NCBI RefSeq assembly: GCF_001457595.1
Contig: NZ_LN831039.1
Location: 2,340,001-2,372,000 of the forward strand
DNA length: 32,000 bases
From: Mycolicibacterium smegmatis
Lineage (GTDB): Bacteria > Actinomycetota > Actinomycetes > Mycobacteriales > Mycobacteriaceae
Reading direction: 5' to 3'
The position numbers were made by a program, and so were the translations under genes. This document shows positions 31,810-32,000 of the stretch, piece after piece (within the stretch, counting starts at the first letter, position 1; each line of letters starts with the position of its first letter). The notes under the pieces are model-generated. The model was not told the DNA's origin. It did no database searches and worked only from the letters and a program-made list of their open reading frames with translations.

Positions 31810-32000
31810 CTGATCCGCGGAGGTGTCTTGGGGACGGGACGGTCGGCCAGTTCGGCCTTCGCGATCGGGTTGCCCAGGCGCGTGTAGATCAGGCCCTGGT
31901 CCATCGCGGCCCGGTAGGGCCGGTCCAGCGATTCCCAGATCGCCCTCACCGTGCCCTGTGTGGCGGTCGGGGGTTTGGTCGCGATGGTCGACGCGATCTG
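31806..32000 (-). CDS. C-terminal 64 aa of an upstream gene, probably an enoyl-CoA hydratase/isomerase (crotonase)-family protein; 5' part lies outside the window
   Basis: My own translation of the minus strand from the window edge: QIASTIATKPPTATQGTVRAIWESLDRPYRAAMDQGLIYTRLGNPIAKAELADRPVPKTPPRIR*. The IA.KPP.A.QGT.RA.WE...........GL pattern resembles the C-terminal helices of mycobacterial EchA proteins. It is not in the ORF track because it has no start in the window. Confidence 0.45.
   Translation of the reverse strand, partial: QIASTIATKPPTATQGTVRAIWESLDRPYRAAMDQGLIYTRLGNPIAKAELADRPVPKTPPRIR

Noticed and set aside
1-32000. Mobile elements, prophage genes, CRISPR arrays, toxin-antitoxin pairs and defence-island hallmarks
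   Set aside because: I recognised no transposase, integrase or recombinase-like ORFs, no regularly spaced direct repeats, and no terminal inverted repeats. The low-GC patches are confined to promoter regions.

Overview
High-GC (roughly two-thirds G+C) actinobacterial chromosome segment. Gene content and order look like a fast-growing Mycolicibacterium. It reminds me of the M. smegmatis dcpA (MSMEG_2196) neighbourhood and the M. tuberculosis Rv1354c-Rv1356c block, but I cannot verify either here. I call 31 protein-coding genes, two of them cut by the window edges. I saw no rRNA or tRNA genes, no CRISPR array, and no transposase, IS or phage genes.

Gene order: (1) the end of a urea-carboxylase-type gene, translationally coupled to allophanate hydrolase; (2) an EamA transporter; (3) an adjacent acyl-CoA dehydrogenase (ACAD) pair; (4) a stand-alone PAS protein and a TipA-like MerR regulator; (5) two tandem TetR regulators of the ScbR/ArpA-like kind; (6) a ~570-nt gene-free structured region and a small Rossmann-like orphan; (7) a tight three-gene operon of a 260-aa orphan, an E1-like/nitroreductase fusion (MoeY/Rv1355c type) and a GAF-GGDEF-EAL c-di-GMP enzyme; (8) purU and a MaoC dehydratase; (9) an FMO-type monooxygenase coupled to an alpha/beta hydrolase; (10) a divergent beta-oxidation-like island (mycofactocin-type SDR, ACAD | FabG-like SDR, thiolase, ACAD, GntR/FadR regulator, family III CoA-transferase); (11) an MmyB-like regulator divergent from an SDR; (12) an overlapping operon of a crotonase-like gene and three adenylate-forming (FadD-like) genes, the middle one lacking its ATP P-loop region.

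Best candidates for undescribed biology: the orphan/E1-nitroreductase/c-di-GMP operon with its AT-rich upstream island, the P-loop-less ligase inside the FadD triplet, and the ScbR-like TetR pair next to the long structured non-coding region. All family calls come from motif and pattern recognition by eye. No searches were run.
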